Below, one piece after another: positions 60,561 to 64,000 of a DNA stretch of 64,000 nt. A model generated the notes under the pieces. The model was given only the letters and a program-made list of their open reading frames with translations. It was not told the DNA's origin and searched no databases. The position numbers were made by a program, and so were the translations under genes. Source of the DNA: Candidatus Bathyarchaeia archaeon (lineage in GTDB: Archaea > Thermoproteota > Bathyarchaeia > TCS64); NCBI GenBank assembly GCA_050014495.1, contig JBEKDF010000002.1:106244-170243 (forward strand), written 5' to 3'. Each line of letters begins with the position of its first letter. Positions within the stretch are counted from its first letter, which is position 1.

Positions 60561-60920
60561 ATGATTGAGAAGATTAACCTCAACGATGTGCCGAAGAAGC
60601 CCATGAATGAGATCCATGGGGAAAAGGTACTCTACCAAATTGTTTGGCGTTACACGCCAAAAGCGGATATGCTGAAGGCCTTCAAGGGAGTGGCGAGGCT
60701 AACCGTTCCCGCTGGGGAAACTAATTTAATGCACAATCACCCTAAGGAGGAGCAAATCTACATCGTGGTGAGCGGCTCGGGAGTCATCAAGGTGGGGGAG
60801 GAGAAGGTGGATGTTATCCCCGGCGATGTTGTGTATCTCCCAGCCAATGTCCCGCATGGCTTCTTCAATACTGGAGATAGGGTGGCGGTGATACTGAATA
60901 TCGGAGCAGGGGTCACATAG
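60561..60920 (+). CDS. Cupin domain protein
   Basis: HNHPKEEQIYIVVSGSG, PGDVVYLPANVPHGFFN. Confidence 0.92.
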   Translation: MIEKINLNDVPKKPMNEIHGEKVLYQIVWRYTPKADMLKAFKGVARLTVPAGETNLMHNHPKEEQIYIVVSGSGVIKVGEEKVDVIPGDVVYLPANVPHGFFNTGDRVAVILNIGAGVT

Positions 60921-60962
60921 CTTCGCTTCCCTTAAATTGGTTGTTGTATGAGGTGTATCGAT

Positions 60963-61574
60963 ATGAAGATCCTCGAGGCGAATGATGAGGCAATTAAGGC
61001 AGCTGGTTTTCTGCTCAGGGAGGGGGGAGTCGTCGTTTACCCAACGGAGACCTACTATGGGTTAGGGTGCGTACCAACAGACCCGGATGCTGCACAAAGG
61101 ATCTGCGAATTAAAGAAACGTGCTGATAAGCCACTGCCTCTCATCTGTAGCGACCTAGAGGCCGTGAAGAAGATCGTTGAGTTTAGTACGGCAGCGGAGA
61201 GGCTCTCGGCGAGGTTCTGGCCGGGGCCCCTCACGTTAGTTCTCCCGACCAGGGTGAAGTATAGCATGTGGGTAAACCACGGAGCTTCGACATTGGGTGT
61301 GAGGGTTTCTCCACATCCTGTAGCGCAGAAGCTCGCCAAAGAGGCTGGGGGCGTCATAGTGAGCACTAGTGCGAATATCTCAGGGGACGAGCCCGCCGAT
61401 TCGGCTCAGAAGGCAAAGGAGATCTTTGGCAATAAGGTGGACATCATAATTGACGGGGGGACCTCACAGGGTGGCGAGTCGTCTACGGTGTTGGATTTAA
61501 CCGGCGAAGAGATCTGGCTTCTCAGAAAAGGGCCAATCAGCGGAGAAGAGATCATGGCGGTCCTACGTGGCTAG
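60963..61574 (+). CDS. tsaC: L-threonylcarbamoyladenylate synthase (YrdC domain only)
   Basis: PTETYYGLG, KKR..KPL, FWPGPLT, STSANISG, SSTVLD. Confidence 0.93.
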   Translation: MKILEANDEAIKAAGFLLREGGVVVYPTETYYGLGCVPTDPDAAQRICELKKRADKPLPLICSDLEAVKKIVEFSTAAERLSARFWPGPLTLVLPTRVKYSMWVNHGASTLGVRVSPHPVAQKLAKEAGGVIVSTSANISGDEPADSAQKAKEIFGNKVDIIIDGGTSQGGESSTVLDLTGEEIWLLRKGPISGEEIMAVLRG

Positions 61575-62455
61575 AGCTTCCAACCCTTCGGCACGAGCTT
61601 TGCTATGTTGACATTCAAGAGAGCACCAACTGCGCGTGCAACTGGTTCGCATTTAGTTCTGAAGACATACATGAGTGGGCAAGGGGCTGGGACCTCTGTG
61701 AGGGTCTCCCAATTCGCCATTCCCTTTGCAATGATTATGTCCGAGCCGTAGAAGTGAGTGTTGAACTCCTCGCTGGTCTCAGCAAGGTTGATACCGATGG
61801 AGTCGGCTCCGGTGGTGATGACCTTGTTCGCCTCTTCGATCATGCCTACGGCCTCAGCGTCTTCCATGAGGGCGTCGTTGAGGCTGGGGCCGGACTTGAC
61901 GGCGACGGTGACGACGCATCCTAGCCTACGTAGCTCCCTGACTACGAGTCTATCAAATGCTATTTCACCTGCGTTGTCCGTTAGGAGGAGAGCCTTACTC
62001 CCAGGTTTGATGAGTCTCTTCAGTTTCTCCGAGTCGTCGACGTAGAAGCCTTCCTCGAGTCCCTTTAAGGCCTCCTTGATGTCTGCGTTGTGGCCGGGGA
62101 CATCGAACTCGATGACGTTGCCTATGCAGGCTACTTTGAGGGCAGCTTGTAGACGTTTTACTTGTGGTTGCTTATCAACATATTCGATCATTCTTGGGAG
62201 TATCTCAAAAGCGAGGATGTTGGACTTGGCCTTGAGGTCGGTATATGGGTCAGCGCAGCCGGTTGAGTCCTTGATTACTCGGCATCGCTCCGCTCCAATG
62301 TAGCTAGGTACCGCGTCGGACTTGTAGCGTTCACCCAGCATCTGGAGTAGGCCGGTCATGGCCTCGACGCGTTTCTCCTCGTTATCGGTAGAGCGTTGAA
62401 TGATCTTGTGTCCGCGGTGCATAATACAGTAGCCGCATTCTGAGCCGACCTTCAT
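61571..62455 (-). CDS. DUF89/ARMT1-like damage-control phosphatase
   Basis: Starts MKVGSECGYC; DPY, GNVIEF, DNAGE, NDA, KGMANWE, KC. Confidence 0.9.
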   Translation of the reverse strand: MKVGSECGYCIMHRGHKIIQRSTDNEEKRVEAMTGLLQMLGERYKSDAVPSYIGAERCRVIKDSTGCADPYTDLKAKSNILAFEILPRMIEYVDKQPQVKRLQAALKVACIGNVIEFDVPGHNADIKEALKGLEEGFYVDDSEKLKRLIKPGSKALLLTDNAGEIAFDRLVVRELRRLGCVVTVAVKSGPSLNDALMEDAEAVGMIEEANKVITTGADSIGINLAETSEEFNTHFYGSDIIIAKGMANWETLTEVPAPCPLMYVFRTKCEPVARAVGALLNVNIAKLVPKGWKL

Positions 62456-62637
62456 GGTTTTGACCTCAGAGGTTCCCTCCCATCGAGGAATATATGGTTT
62501 CGGGGTGTGACTTACAAAGTGATGCACGCGATAAAGTGTTTTTTTCCAATAACTCTCGTTTATAGGTTGTGAAAGTCTCCTTGGAGGTGGAGATACGCTT
62601 TTCAGCGTGGCGGGGAACCCACCCAGCGGTGACACCT

Positions 62638-63210
62638 GTGGCGAGGGAATTCAACATCCTGGCGACAACCGAGAGGATAAACGAGGGCAGGGCTGGCAGC
62701 GAGCTTTGGATGCTCTTGAGGGCTGCGGGTGACGAGGCCCCGGTAGTCGAGAGGATGGGTATCTGGGGTATAATCATCGCCAAGACTCCACTTGAGCCCG
62801 TGGCCGCTGTCGCAAAGATAAGGGAGGAGTTCATTAAGAAGCCCGACTCCATACAGGCCCTCTTCAGAGTCATCCCCATTCAGCGTCTCGTCCCATCAGT
62901 CCTCGAGGAGATAGTTAGGGTCACTAAGGAGCTCTCTGCATCGATTGGTCCTGAGGAGAGCTACAGGATCACAGTTGAGAAGAGAAGGATCCGCTTCGGT
63001 AGCCACGAGATCATCGATGCAGTAGCGGAAGGCATCGATAGGAAGGTTAACCTCGATAACCCCGACTGGGTCGTCCTAGTCGAGACAGCGGGAAAGATGA
63101 CAGGCATCTCCGTGGTGCACCCGGTCAACGTGCTCAATGTCCAGAAGGAGCGAGTCCGTCTAGCGGCGGAGGCTAAGAAGCGTCCCGCGCTCGACGATGA
63201 GGCTGCCTAG
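62638..63210 (+). CDS. THUMP domain protein (Tan1-like)
   Basis: FNILATT, RVIPIQ, SYRITVEKR, VNLDNPDWVVLVE. Confidence 0.85.
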   Translation: MAREFNILATTERINEGRAGSELWMLLRAAGDEAPVVERMGIWGIIIAKTPLEPVAAVAKIREEFIKKPDSIQALFRVIPIQRLVPSVLEEIVRVTKELSASIGPEESYRITVEKRRIRFGSHEIIDAVAEGIDRKVNLDNPDWVVLVETAGKMTGISVVHPVNVLNVQKERVRLAAEAKKRPALDDEAA

Positions 63211-63711
63211 AGCTTCAGAACCACCTGCTGCCTTAAGCTCATCGTCCCCGATGCCATATGACTCTCTGAGTGTCTCAGCCTTTTCGGCGTCGATTTCAAG
63301 GACGCTATCGTCCTCACATCCTAGGAATTTTACGACCCTGTTGTAGCCTTTTTCGGCTTCTGCTCGATTGTGAGCGAAAACTATGAGAGCGACCTTTTTG
63401 CTGTCAATGTTGATGCCCATGGTAGCGAGGGCCTTCGTTATTTGGTCCTGAGCGGAGGCGTAGAGAAGCGTCTCAACTGTTATGTTCTTGGAGACTGCCA
63501 TTCCTGATTCAGTTGACTTAGCCGCGTTTACGGCCGCCATGTAAAGGTGATCCCTACCAGCAACCCTCCCGGCATCGAAGATCTGCATCAATTGAGGTGA
63601 AGCCGCGTCCGCGACGGTTCTAACTAGAATTCGTGGATCTTTTACTTCTGCCACCCTGAAGCCACCGATGGCTACGAACCAGTCGGTCCCCTTTATACCC
63701 GAACTCCACAC
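63160..63711 (-). CDS. cgi121: KEOPS complex subunit Cgi121
   Basis: QIFDA, HL..A..NA, ETLLYASAQDQITKAL..MG, LIVER. Confidence 0.88.
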   Translation of the reverse strand: MWSSGIKGTDWFVAIGGFRVAEVKDPRILVRTVADAASPQLMQIFDAGRVAGRDHLYMAAVNAAKSTESGMAVSKNITVETLLYASAQDQITKALATMGINIDSKKVALIVFAHNRAEAEKGYNRVVKFLGCEDDSVLEIDAEKAETLRESYGIGDDELKAAGGSEALGSLIVERGTLLSLRR

Positions 63712-63758
63712 GCCTAAGCTCTCCGAAGAAGTTGAAGACGTAACGCTAGTTAAAGTCG

Positions 63759-63998
63759 TTATTCCCTCGCTAATGTAGAGAGTAGTCTGTCGATCTCCTC
63801 CTCCGTGTTGTAAAAGTCGATTGCGACCCTTATACCCGCAGGGCGAAGGCTGAGGCAGAAGCCCTTCTCCTTGAGGTGGTTGAAGGTGACCTCCGTGTCA
63901 TTTGTGGCGAAGCTTACGACACCGGATCGCATCGTCTTCTCTTTCGGGGAGACTAATTTGACTAAGTGCTCCAGCCCTTCGTAGAAGCGTTGACTCAG
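63759..63998 (-). CDS. C-terminus of a class V PLP aminotransferase / cysteine desulfurase-like protein (truncated by window edge)
   Basis: Hand translation ...RSGVVSF...GIRVAIDFYNTEEEIDRLLSTLARE*. Confidence 0.8.
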   Translation of the reverse strand: MSQRFYEGLEHLVKLVSPKEKTMRSGVVSFATNDTEVTFNHLKEKGFCLSLRPAGIRVAIDFYNTEEEIDRLLSTLARE

Positions 63999-64000
63999 CT

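Noticed and set aside
62456..62637. N-terminal extensions of the DUF89 and THUMP ORFs in the track
   Set aside because: They overlap head-to-head across a likely divergent promoter; family-like sequence starts at 62455 and about 62638.
470..62879. Numerous antisense and nested ORFs in the six-frame track (e.g. 1940-2500, 38224-38853, 53598-54146)
   Set aside because: They are shadows of well-supported genes on the other strand or frame and have no recognisable motifs.

Overview
Archaeal chromosomal segment. Archease, Cgi121, NIP7/Nop2, a TFS-like protein, a DRG GTPase and TATA-type promoters indicate an archaeon; the peptidase- and amidohydrolase-rich content suggests Bathyarchaeia, which is an inference. 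It holds about 60 CDS, dominated by peptide/amide/amino-acid catabolism (amidase, two M14 peptidases, three AbgB-like M20 amidohydrolases, DmpA, aminotransferases), plus pckG, folC, hcp, guaA, a LarA-family protein, NikR and tRNA-modification genes. No rRNA, tRNA, CRISPR array, transposase or integrase was seen. Two things are not explained by the gene list. (1) A mosaic of about 10 kb (19.1-28.9 kb) is cut into modules by a recurrent intergenic (GC)n motif, usually followed by an A-rich spacer and TGA. Some modules carry an intact accessory gene. Others carry gene fragments (AOR, Fe-ADH, type III restriction Res, a membrane anchor) whose homology stops at the motif, which suggests an undescribed site-specific recombination or cassette-capture system. 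(2) An orphan GC-rich, highly structured non-coding element of about 230 nt lies at 1121-1350. All calls come from reading motifs by eye; no searches were run.
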